Of a stretch of DNA of 50,315 nucleotides, positions 29,528-38,377 are shown piece after piece (position 1 is the stretch's first letter; each line of letters starts with the position of its first letter). A model generated the notes under the pieces. The model did not search any database. It had not been told where the DNA came from and saw only the letters and a program-made list of their open reading frames with translations. The DNA is from Pseudobacteriovorax sp. (GTDB lineage: Bacteria; Bdellovibrionota_B; Oligoflexia; Oligoflexales; Oligoflexaceae). The stretch spans positions 1-50,315 of the forward strand of contig JBNKNM010000019.1 in assembly GCA_050293845.1 (NCBI GenBank), given 5' to 3'. The translations under genes and the position numbers were made by a program.

Positions 29528-30718
29528 ATGTGGTCAGAAAAGCTAGTAGAGCAATTTAAACAGCAGATCAAAGAGGAGTTAGATCTAGAGGAGTCGGTAA
29601 CAGGAGCAACCGGCAGAAATCAGTTGATTCAAAGCAGAATCAGGGAACTGCAAAGTTCTGCGGATAGCATAGAATTACTTAAACTCTACATTTATCTGGT
29701 TTCCTCGTTGGTTCATCATGTTCGTTATGGTAACATGAGCGCTCAACGCATTCGACAAACTATTCAGCTGGCTAGCACTATTCTGGTCTCTCAAGGAATC
29801 AAGGAAAATGTTTCACGACTTTCCTTCCTTCACGGTGAGCTCCATGTAGTCTACTCTCAAATTGAGTGGCAAAATGGGGGGCACTGGAAGGCAGCCTGGC
29901 ACCAATTCTTAGGGTATCAAGTGACCCGCGGCAGTTCTCCTGGAGGAGAAGGATTTCAATACCTTTCTATGGCTAATCGCGCGTTGCGTCTAGGCCATGT
30001 AGCAAGTGCCTTAGAAGATTACGGAAAAGCTCTTCCTTTATTAACAGGTCATTTACGAGAAAAATGTCAAATTAACTTTATCCGCGCATTGCGACTCAAC
30101 GATCAACTCGAAAAATCTAAGCAAATGCTTGGCAACATGAAAAAAGAAGCTCACTTATCAGCTAGCCTAGTAACAGAGTTAGCTTGGGAGGAGATGGTCC
30201 ATACTTTTCTTGAAACAGGGGATCTAAACCCAATGTTGGCAAGTATTCGTAAAGGTAAAAAACACCATGCTACAAGCTATATCATAGAATTATGCCTTTT
30301 TGCCTTAGTTAGTCCTTCTAAACAATGGCTCCGTCGTGTTCCTAGCCTAGAAAACATGAAGCGAAAAAAAGATATCAAGCCAGCTCGTGGTGACACGTTC
30401 TATGAAGTAACAAAAACAATTTGGGACTGCTATGATTATCAAATTCCCATTATCAAACGTCTAACAGCCTTAGGCGAAAAGCTTACGAACCTCAATACAT
30501 TGATGAATATTGACAAAGAGCTTCTCGCGTGGGCAGCAGCCACACGGTGGTTGGTCCGTTCGCGCAACCAAACCTTGATGCGTCTGACTCTCAAAGAGTA
30601 TCAGTCCATGTGTCAGCGTCTAAGTGGTGGTCGTACTATAGACCTATTCAAATGTTTTGGAGATTTCCGAGATAATCAAGAACAGGATTATGCTTCCTTT
30701 GAAGACTCCGAATCATAA
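29528..30718 (+). CDS. Hypothetical all-helical (TPR-like) protein
   Basis: 396 aa ORF with TPR-like segments (ALRLGHVASALEDYGKAL); no recognised catalytic motif. Confidence 0.7.
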   Translation: MWSEKLVEQFKQQIKEELDLEESVTGATGRNQLIQSRIRELQSSADSIELLKLYIYLVSSLVHHVRYGNMSAQRIRQTIQLASTILVSQGIKENVSRLSFLHGELHVVYSQIEWQNGGHWKAAWHQFLGYQVTRGSSPGGEGFQYLSMANRALRLGHVASALEDYGKALPLLTGHLREKCQINFIRALRLNDQLEKSKQMLGNMKKEAHLSASLVTELAWEEMVHTFLETGDLNPMLASIRKGKKHHATSYIIELCLFALVSPSKQWLRRVPSLENMKRKKDIKPARGDTFYEVTKTIWDCYDYQIPIIKRLTALGEKLTNLNTLMNIDKELLAWAAATRWLVRSRNQTLMRLTLKEYQSMCQRLSGGRTIDLFKCFGDFRDNQEQDYASFEDSES

Positions 30719-30962
30719 AGGTCATGTATCTCAAGAGGAGACGGGGAAATATCCATATTCCGGATATGGTATAATAATTTACACTGTACAAATGCTTGAC
30801 ACTATCGGCCGGAATATTTCTATCTCACTGAATATACACCGTTCCTTGATTCAACCTTGTAAGGCACTGTTCACAATGACGTTTCCGAATAAGGCTTTTC
30901 CTCTAGCAAACTTGCTCCGTAAGGGAAAAAGAAAAACCCTTAAAAGAAAGTAAAAATACTGA

Positions 30963-30978
30963 TGGAACAGATTATGCA
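30963..30978 (+). promoter_or_regulatory. Sigma54 promoter of the lipoprotein gene
   Basis: TGGAACAGATTATGCA (GG-N10-GC), 35 nt before ATG 31014. Confidence 0.55.
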
Positions 30979-31013
30979 TTAATTTATAGCACGTTGGCCA
31001 TTGGGGTACAAAT

Positions 31014-32015
31014 ATGAAGCATACTCAACTGCTAATACTGACGCTTGCAGCCATTACGATGGCGTGTAACGAGAAAAGTTTTCAGTATAATGACGATACC
31101 GCTGCTACATTGGAAAGTGATCTAAGTGAAAAGGTATCTCGCCCCCATGAAACGGGAGAAGGTGTGCCAGGATACATTTTCTGTAAAGAACAGGGAGAGG
31201 CCAGCACAAGCGACTACAAAATCAACTGCCGTTTAGAAGCAAATAATACAAAATTAGATACTTCCTCCTCATCAAGCGATTGGAATTTGCTCACAGCAAT
31301 AGAAATAGACTTCACTAAAAAGCTCCTCCCTGACGACAGCCCGTGGCATGTGGCGTTCACTTTAGGAGGTTCTGCTACTAAGCGAAGAGATGTAGTGCAA
31401 AACAGCGTCATCGAGCTAGTCCTTGATAAAATGAAGTACAGTGTTCCCACCGAGGCTGCTATTGAAAAAGCAAGCTTTTCTAGCCAACAGATCGCGCGAT
31501 TTCTTTTTGGCCCCCAATCATCGGGACGTGCATCTGATTGGTTAGGATTAAATCTCGATGCACCTACCTCAGACCCTTTGCAAGCGACCATGGCCACCCC
31601 ATTGGGGATTGTAAAACTAACCCTTTCATCACCCACCGGGAGTTTAGAACCCTTGGGTCCCATAAATCTCAACGGAGAAAGCCCGTGGCGGGAGATGTGC
31701 GCTTCAGCCATCAGCGGGCAAGGCACAATAGATGTTTCAGTCAGTGATCTTACTCCTGGTCAATATGCTGTAACAGTCTTTATTGGTAATTGTTTTATCA
31801 ACGAAGACCAAGAATTTTTCCTAGAAAATGTGAAAAAAACAGAACCAACACAAGTGTTTTCGCAATTGACCACTCGCAGTGCTGATTCATTCAGCAATGA
31901 AACCGATATTGTGAAGTTTCGATTTATGTCAAGGGATATGATCAATTTTCGTATCAGTAGCACTGATGGGAAGTCTGTGTACATTAATTCTATACTCATC
32001 GGAAAACTTCCATAG
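31014..32015 (+). CDS. Hypothetical lipoprotein with C-terminal beta-sandwich-like region
   Basis: Signal peptide ending TMAC; paired Cys; C-terminal LTPGQYAVTVF and VYINSILI strands. Confidence 0.75.
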   Translation: MKHTQLLILTLAAITMACNEKSFQYNDDTAATLESDLSEKVSRPHETGEGVPGYIFCKEQGEASTSDYKINCRLEANNTKLDTSSSSSDWNLLTAIEIDFTKKLLPDDSPWHVAFTLGGSATKRRDVVQNSVIELVLDKMKYSVPTEAAIEKASFSSQQIARFLFGPQSSGRASDWLGLNLDAPTSDPLQATMATPLGIVKLTLSSPTGSLEPLGPINLNGESPWREMCASAISGQGTIDVSVSDLTPGQYAVTVFIGNCFINEDQEFFLENVKKTEPTQVFSQLTTRSADSFSNETDIVKFRFMSRDMINFRISSTDGKSVYINSILIGKLP

Positions 32016-32058
32016 ATTAACATCCTTGGCGCAGGTCTGATTTTTCAAAACTTTATGA

Positions 32059-33426
32059 CTAAAGGCTTTTGTCATTAATACTTTCAAAAAGATCATCGCT
32101 CAAATTAAAGTCCATATTCGCTGGATTATGGGGTTTGCCAGCATTATTTTCTGAATCCTTACCCATATCAACAACAGCATACCCTTCATCCGGTTCTTCG
32201 CCAGAAAGCTTCATAGACACGGGTTTTCTGGACATGTTACTCAAAACCTTTATGTTATGGCTGGCTTTGGTAAATGTTGGATCAAGGCTGAAAGCCTTTT
32301 TAAATGCTATTTTAGCTGATTGCATTTTTTTGCTTTTCAAGTAACACAACCCTAAATTGAATACGATTCGTGACATAATAGTAGGAGCCGCACGAACCTG
32401 AGCCATGGCTGTTTGGTAAAGCTCCAAGCCTTCAGACATTCTGTGATTTCTAATGCAAATAACAGCAGCATTATTAAAAGCGGCTACAATTTCTAAATCG
32501 GAAGACTCGCGGAGAAAATCCATAGCTATGGAAATATCACCCTCCAGTAGGGCACACTGCCCCCGACCGACAGAAGCCTTTACGGAATTCATATTAATAG
32601 ATAGCGCTTCACTAAAAGTTTTTTTAGCCATGCTGACCTTATCCTGACTTAACAAACAGTGTCCAAGATCAATCAATCTATCCACATTTTTAGCGTTAAA
32701 AACGTTGGCTTCTTCGAGCATATTTTGAGCCTTCTCGTAATTGCCGAACTTCATTTCGATACGGGCCAATAAGGTGAGGGCTCTGACCTGTCGGGGACGC
32801 TCAGCTATAGCTACTTCAAGAATATCTCTGGCCTTATCAAGCTCCCCTAGCTCCACCAGTGTTTCAGTATATTCCACAGCAATTTTATGATTGTTTTTTT
32901 GCGATTCCCACAATGTTTGCAAAATTTTTGCTGCTTGAGAATGAAGAGTTTTTTCCCGTAGCAGTGCTACTTCGTGAAAAGCTTGCCGAGATTTATATGT
33001 GAGTCTTTCATACTCACATATATCGCAAATATCCTTTTTGAGCTGAGATCCGCTAATAGTTCCTGCACGAACGCGAATAGCATTATAATCCGAGGCCAAA
33101 CCAATAACATTCTGATCCAAGCTTTTTCCAAGAAGGTAAACTGCTCTAGTATCAGCTTTATACTCGCTTTTAGAGGCTTCTAAAATTGTAATGGCCTCAT
33201 CAATACCCATGCTGAGATCTATAATCAACATAGAATGCTTATGGAGTTTAGTTTCAGTCAAAGCTTTATGGCTATCTTCTGTACAGAGAATTTGAATTAA
33301 GCCTTGTTTTTGAAGTTCTAAAACAATTCTTTCCCGAACCTGCTTTCTTGAAACCATCACCACTGCACGTTCAACCCCTGGATGAGGGTGGTTATTTTCA
33401 TCGAAAGATAATGCAGCGTGGCCCAT
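32059..33426 (-). CDS. Degenerate receiver plus TPR repeat protein
   Basis: N-terminal receiver-like region (LIIDLSMG) lacking the DD pair and KP; multiple TPRs; paralogue of the neighbouring gene. Confidence 0.8.
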   Translation of the reverse strand: MGHAALSFDENNHPHPGVERAVVMVSRKQVRERIVLELQKQGLIQILCTEDSHKALTETKLHKHSMLIIDLSMGIDEAITILEASKSEYKADTRAVYLLGKSLDQNVIGLASDYNAIRVRAGTISGSQLKKDICDICEYERLTYKSRQAFHEVALLREKTLHSQAAKILQTLWESQKNNHKIAVEYTETLVELGELDKARDILEVAIAERPRQVRALTLLARIEMKFGNYEKAQNMLEEANVFNAKNVDRLIDLGHCLLSQDKVSMAKKTFSEALSINMNSVKASVGRGQCALLEGDISIAMDFLRESSDLEIVAAFNNAAVICIRNHRMSEGLELYQTAMAQVRAAPTIMSRIVFNLGLCYLKSKKMQSAKIAFKKAFSLDPTFTKASHNIKVLSNMSRKPVSMKLSGEEPDEGYAVVDMGKDSENNAGKPHNPANMDFNLSDDLFESINDKSL

Positions 33427-33479
33427 AGTAACTCCAAAATAGAGGGTTCGTGGAATATCCCACTAGCCAATACAAAACA

Positions 33480-33507
33480 CTTTCGGTGAGAGTTTCCTGA
33501 AAATTTA
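33480..33507 (-). promoter_or_regulatory. Candidate sigma28 promoter
   Basis: Minus strand TAAA-N16-ACCGAAAG upstream of 32059..33426. Confidence 0.45.
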
Positions 33508-33562
33508 GAAAGATTTAATATAATTTCCGAGTAATTTTAAAGTGTTGAAAAAAAAAATCGAT

Positions 33563-34912
33563 CTATGACCCCAGTAAAGATTCATCTTCAAACTCATCAA
33601 TATCAGAATATTCAATAATATCATCATCAAAGTCATCATACGTGAGATCATCAAGATCATCCACTTCCCCGGTGATAATAGAACCTTCATCTGGAGATAG
33701 ATCCATAGGACTAGGGTCTGTATCACTGGTAAGTACAAACATGTCACTGAGTTTAGTAATATAAGAATCAGCTTTCGGGTAGACTCCTTTCCCGGCTTTT
33801 GATGACCTCATAAACCATAACAGTGCATTCTTAATATTGTTAAAACGTAAAAACCCAAGCCCTATATTGAACATTATCTTTGATTTCGTTATAGGATCTT
33901 CGATAAACTTGAGCGCTGAATTATAGTGCTTGATGCCTTCATCAAGTTTGCCGCTACGAACATTAGAAATTCCAATGGTATTCATAAGACTGGCAAAATT
34001 GCGGTTAGTTGAAGCATCATCGGGGTATTCCTGAAAAAACTTATCTACCGTATGACTCAGGCCAAGCCCTTCTTTGGCACGTAAATACCAGGGATCTATA
34101 TTAAGAGCTGATTGAAAGGAAGCCTCTGCTGCCTTCGGGTGGGATTCTCCCAGCTCAAGTTCACCAATAAGACATAGTCGCTGCGTGTTCTCCGGGCTCA
34201 GTGCTCCCGCCCGCTTCAGATATCTTAAGGCTTGTTTATGACGGCTTAAAACATGAAATAATTTTCCTATCTCATTGAGAAGTGCTACATGCTGTGAGTT
34301 ATTAGCGAGAGCAGAGCGTAGGATATCCTCGGCCTCTTGATAAAGCTGCTTCTGCCGTAAGACGCGCCCGAGAACTGCTGCCAGGGGTGCTGGGTTAGGA
34401 GCTTTATTCACCACAAAATCTATATGTTTGCGGATTTTCTTCTTACTACTTAGCGTGTCAATCATTTCGGACAATTTTTTGGTATTTTTGAGATACCAAG
34501 CTCTCTCGGTTTGAAGAGCCTCAATAGTTTGATAAAAAATTCCCGCTGTGAATGGTTTCTCGACCAACGAAACTAGCGGGAACTCTTGCAATAAGCGAAA
34601 ATCATGACGTTCGGTATAACCAGAAGTGATAAGAATAGGTGTAAACAATGTACTCGTACTGTTCTTGATTCTATTAAATAGTCCAATGGGGTTGAGCTCT
34701 CCCTTGCATCTCCAGTCCAAGACAATTAAATCGAACCGTCCTTCCTTAATATGAGTCCAAGCATCAGCACACGAGTCAAAAAGATAAACTTCCTGAAGCC
34801 CCAAATCGCTACAGTAGCTTCGGGTAGTGTGCTGGAAATGCAAATCTGCGTCAATCACAGCCACTGACTTGAAAGCAAACTTCTTAGGTTTGCAAAACGC
34901 TTTCAATTCCAT
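33563..34912 (-). CDS. Response regulator receiver plus TPR repeat protein with acidic tail
   Basis: VAVIDAD, DLIVLDW, ITSG and EKPF receiver residues; TPRs; D/E-rich C-terminus. Confidence 0.85.
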   Translation of the reverse strand: MELKAFCKPKKFAFKSVAVIDADLHFQHTTRSYCSDLGLQEVYLFDSCADAWTHIKEGRFDLIVLDWRCKGELNPIGLFNRIKNSTSTLFTPILITSGYTERHDFRLLQEFPLVSLVEKPFTAGIFYQTIEALQTERAWYLKNTKKLSEMIDTLSSKKKIRKHIDFVVNKAPNPAPLAAVLGRVLRQKQLYQEAEDILRSALANNSQHVALLNEIGKLFHVLSRHKQALRYLKRAGALSPENTQRLCLIGELELGESHPKAAEASFQSALNIDPWYLRAKEGLGLSHTVDKFFQEYPDDASTNRNFASLMNTIGISNVRSGKLDEGIKHYNSALKFIEDPITKSKIMFNIGLGFLRFNNIKNALLWFMRSSKAGKGVYPKADSYITKLSDMFVLTSDTDPSPMDLSPDEGSIITGEVDDLDDLTYDDFDDDIIEYSDIDEFEDESLLGS

Positions 34913-34940
34913 GACGACTCCCGACTCAACAATGGGAGGA

Positions 34941-34967
34941 GTATCGGCGCATGATCTTAGAAAAATA
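34941..34967 (-). promoter_or_regulatory. Candidate sigma28 promoter (strong -10, weak -35)
   Basis: Minus strand GCCGATAC 28 nt before the ATG; -35 position reads TATT. Confidence 0.35.
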
Positions 34968-35008
34968 ATAACTTTTTAAAATAGCTCTAAATCTCATGAT
35001 TTGCATCA

Positions 35009-35575
35009 TTAATCCCAGACCTCCTTGGCAACAACCTCCAAAGTAGGGTCTATGATCCATGTTTGTAGGATGTAGCGGTCTGACTTCGTCGGTGGCACAA
35101 AGTGCGGATATCGTAATGTTGGGGGAAAAAGTACAGCACGTCCCTGCTGTGGTGTAATACTTACTTTTTGAGCAGGAAAAACCGTTTCCCCCCCTTTGGC
35201 AGTGTTGAGAAAAAAGAGCAAAGTAGCCAGCCTTACCCCGCTACCCGCAACTTGGCCATCATCATGAAGGGCACACCCTTCTCCGGGACGATAGTGGGCT
35301 AAAACATATCCATCATCGAACCAATCATGACGAGCACTTTCAGCGTAAGGCTCCGGATAGCTGAAATAGTCTTTCACTAATTTGTCTGCCACAGCTTGTA
35401 TTTCTATTAGTATATTCATCCACTCCGGCTTATCAGAAAGATAAAGAAATATTCGTTTGCTATACTCTGGCTGTGGGTCAGGTTGTACTTGGGGATCTGA
35501 ATCAAATTTACGAATAAAGTCTTCACAAATTTTATCAGGTAGGGCATGGTCAATAGTAACTATATTTGCTGGCAA
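35009..35575 (-). CDS. 2OG-Fe(II) oxygenase (prolyl-4-hydroxylase-like)
   Basis: HDD, distal H and R ligands; ATLLFFLN, GGETVFP, GRAVLFP; TTG start after GGAGG. Confidence 0.88.
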   Translation of the reverse strand: MPANIVTIDHALPDKICEDFIRKFDSDPQVQPDPQPEYSKRIFLYLSDKPEWMNILIEIQAVADKLVKDYFSYPEPYAESARHDWFDDGYVLAHYRPGEGCALHDDGQVAGSGVRLATLLFFLNTAKGGETVFPAQKVSITPQQGRAVLFPPTLRYPHFVPPTKSDRYILQTWIIDPTLEVVAKEVWD

Positions 35576-35661
35576 TTGTAACCTCCATCTGCTAATCTTT
35601 TCTAGTTAAGCCATGCTAAAGCTGGTAAGAGCATCTAACAACTAAGTTTTTTTTTTTACCC

Positions 35662-35688
35662 TAAAGCAGACTACGATTAAACCGAAGA
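35662..35688 (+). promoter_or_regulatory. Candidate sigma28 promoter
   Basis: TAAA-N15-ACCGAAGA upstream of the HTH-REC gene. Confidence 0.5.
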
Positions 35689-35733
35689 TCAGTTTAGGCT
35701 TTGACCTTTGGGCCCGTAAAAAGTGAGGGTATA

Positions 35734-36471
35734 ATGAGTACTGCACCTGTAATGGAAGTAAAAAATTTAGACGAACTTAAAGAACCGTTGGCAGCATTTG
35801 TCAGCAAACACAGCCTATCTCGTCGTGAGCACGATGTACTTACATTGCTTGTTCACCAAGTTGTAAGTGCTGAGAACATCTCCGAACATTTGGGTATTAG
35901 CCGCAATACTGTAAGAATCCACTTAAAAAACATTAATACCAAAGTTGGAACCACATCCAAGTCCGAACTGCTAGGTAAATTTATTGAGTTTGTCATTCAA
36001 CATCGAGATATCTCTAATGAAATCTCCGACACTAACCTTCTAATTTTAATCGCAGATGATGATGAAAGCTATGTTGACTTGGTTCGCAAGGCGTCAGAAA
36101 GTGCAATTGGCCCAGAAGTACAATTTAGCCATGTTTCTGATGGACAGCAAATGATTGATTATCTTGAGAATTCAAAGAAAATGGACAAAGAGAGTCCCAG
36201 ACCCCATATTATCTTACTGGATCTCAACATGCCTAAGATGAACGGCTTTCAAGCGTTGGAACGACTGAAGACTGACCCACAACTAAACGAAATACCAGTG
36301 GTAGTATTCACATCATCTAGCACCCAAGCTGATGTTTCAAACATTTATGCGTTAGGTGGAAATTCCTATGTCACAAAACCAGGTGGATACCACGAATTAA
36401 AGCAAGTGATCCTTGGAATCGTCAGCTATTGGGGCCGTATTGGCGCTCTACCAAGTACCAATGGTGTTTAA
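35734..36471 (+). CDS. Response regulator with N-terminal LuxR HTH and C-terminal receiver
   Basis: LSRREHDVL...LGISRNTVRIHLKNINTKVG HTH; receiver ADDD, LLDLNMP, FTSS, TKP; ATG 35734 after GAGGG. Confidence 0.9.
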   Translation: MSTAPVMEVKNLDELKEPLAAFVSKHSLSRREHDVLTLLVHQVVSAENISEHLGISRNTVRIHLKNINTKVGTTSKSELLGKFIEFVIQHRDISNEISDTNLLILIADDDESYVDLVRKASESAIGPEVQFSHVSDGQQMIDYLENSKKMDKESPRPHIILLDLNMPKMNGFQALERLKTDPQLNEIPVVVFTSSSTQADVSNIYALGGNSYVTKPGGYHELKQVILGIVSYWGRIGALPSTNGV

Positions 36472-36715
36472 CTGTATTTTATACAATATTAATGCATATA
36501 TTCGATGTTTCAAATTTTTCAAACTAAACGTCACTACTTATTTGTAGTTATTTACGTTCTGTTCACGCAGCTTTCGGTTTTAGATACCGACAACCCCTAT
36601 TGACCCTTTCTATTTTAAATTCAGTAGATTAGTCTGCCTCTAAGTGGAGAATCACTCCCTATGGTCGCTGGTGCGGCCTGATATATCCTGACAGCTCATT
36701 TCAACTTGCTATCTG

Positions 36716-36778
36716 TGCATATATATAATAATATACGTATTATATTGCATAATATGCAGTATTTAGACATTTTATGCG
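36716..36778. promoter_or_regulatory. ARG-box-like operator array upstream of the arginine operon
   Basis: Palindrome TGCATAATATGCA (36746-36758) with degenerate neighbours at 36716, 36736 and 36766. Confidence 0.5.
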
Positions 36779-36809
36779 TATAGCCTTCATTTAGAAATGG
36801 AAATTGCAT

Positions 36810-37403
36810 ATGAGCGATTTTATAATCAAGGTTTCTGGCACCAATGAGGCTGAGTTTGCTGAATCAATTTGCCAGGAAATGGAAATCAGCGCTAAAGCAC
36901 GAGGAACGGGTATAGCTAAAAGATCTGTAGACTATATTCGTACCAAGCTTGCTAAGGGCGAAGCTTTTGTTGCTCTACACAATACATCGCTGAAGATAGC
37001 AGGTTTCTGTTACATCGAAGCCTGGGATCATAGCAGCTACATTGCCAATTCAGGTTTGCTGATATTTCCCGAATTTCGTCGGCACGGACTTGCAGTTCGC
37101 CTCAAGGAATTTGCGTTTAGAAAATCACGGGAAAAGTATCCTGAGGCCAAACTATTTGGCCTAACAACCAATTCTTCAGTTATGAAAATTAATTCCGAGT
37201 TGGGTTACCGACCGGTGACTTATGGCGAGTTAACCGATTCAGATAGTTTTTGGAGTGGCTGTCAGAGCTGTGTCAATTACTGTGTTCTCATCTCCAAAGG
37301 AAAGAAAAACTGTCTTTGTACGGCGATGCTCTTCGACCCAAACAAAAAAGAGATCAAAGCGCCTATCATCAAGATTACCGAAGAAAGCGAGGAACCTTCA
37401 TGA
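36810..37403 (+). CDS. argA: GNAT-family N-acylglutamate synthase (Bacteroidetes-type ArgA)
   Basis: SAKARGTGIAKRS, GFCYIEAW, ANSGL, FGLTT, VMKINSELGY, FWSGCQSCVNY, CLCTAMLFDP; first gene of the arg operon. Confidence 0.8.
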   Translation: MSDFIIKVSGTNEAEFAESICQEMEISAKARGTGIAKRSVDYIRTKLAKGEAFVALHNTSLKIAGFCYIEAWDHSSYIANSGLLIFPEFRRHGLAVRLKEFAFRKSREKYPEAKLFGLTTNSSVMKINSELGYRPVTYGELTDSDSFWSGCQSCVNYCVLISKGKKNCLCTAMLFDPNKKEIKAPIIKITEESEEPS

Positions 37404-38368
37404 TTGCTGCTGGTATTATAGGAGCTGCAGGTTACACCGGTGGGGAACTGCTGAGGCTATTGCACTTCCACCCCAGAATTAAAATTACCGCACTGGTTAG
37501 CTCGTCCCAGGCCGGCAAATCAGTTGCTGCCATACACACTGACCTAGGACCACATATTGATATGTGCTTTGTAGATCATACTGATCTAGAAGCTCTCGAC
37601 GTGATTTTCCTTTGCGGGGGCCATGGTCGAGCCAAGGAATTTCTGCACCAGAATAATCCCCCCTCTCACCTGAAAATCATTGATCTCAGCCACGATTTTC
37701 GCATAAACCCAGAATCTCATGGGTTTGTATATGGTCTTACCGAGGTATTTCGTAGCCGTATTGTTGAAGCACAGCGTATCGCTAACCCCGGTTGCTTTGC
37801 CACTGCGATCCAACTAGGCATAGCTCCCTTAGCTAAGCACAAGCTCATCACACAAGACATTCATGTATCAGCCATTACCGGTTCAACTGGTGCCGGCCAA
37901 AGCCTATCCCCCAATTCTCATTTTAGTTGGCGCTCCCATAACGCTTCAGTCTATAAAAGTTTTAATCATCAGCATGTGGCAGAAATTAATCAAACGATTC
38001 ATGAGTTACAGCCTAGCTTTAACAAGCAGATAAATTTTATTCCTATGAGAGGAGCTTTTACCAGGGGAATTCTAGCATCGATTCATTGTCAGGTTGATGA
38101 ATCGGAAGCACACCTACAGCAAATCTATAAAGATTATTACAGAGCTAGCAGCTTCGTTTATATTGCTGATAACGAGCCGGATCTCAAACAGGTTGTAAAT
38201 TCAAATTTCTGCTTTTTAAGCATCAAAAAACACAGTAATTATGTTCATATTGTTTCCGTTATCGACAACCTCATAAAAGGAGCGGTAGGACAAGCCCTGC
38301 AAAACTGCAACCTAGCATGCGGACTTGCAGAACACGAGGGCTTGCATCTGAAACCCTCCGTGTTTTAG
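37400..38368 (+). CDS. argC: N-acetyl-gamma-glutamyl-phosphate reductase
   Basis: GAAGYTGGEL, IANPGCF, TGSTGAG, IDNLIKGAVGQA; ATG 37400 overlaps the argA stop (ATGA). Confidence 0.95.
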   Translation: MIAAGIIGAAGYTGGELLRLLHFHPRIKITALVSSSQAGKSVAAIHTDLGPHIDMCFVDHTDLEALDVIFLCGGHGRAKEFLHQNNPPSHLKIIDLSHDFRINPESHGFVYGLTEVFRSRIVEAQRIANPGCFATAIQLGIAPLAKHKLITQDIHVSAITGSTGAGQSLSPNSHFSWRSHNASVYKSFNHQHVAEINQTIHELQPSFNKQINFIPMRGAFTRGILASIHCQVDESEAHLQQIYKDYYRASSFVYIADNEPDLKQVVNSNFCFLSIKKHSNYVHIVSVIDNLIKGAVGQALQNCNLACGLAEHEGLHLKPSVF

Positions 38369-38377
38369 GAATAAACT

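Noticed and set aside
30657..30953. 98 aa ORF between two genes
   Set aside because: Overlaps the upstream gene end, has a TTG start without RBS and shows no motif.
37250..37399. N-terminal extensions in the ORF track (argC from 37250, leuC from 48686, moeB from 41274)
   Set aside because: Downstream ATGs with an RBS match the family N-termini; the argC and leuC extensions overlap upstream genes.
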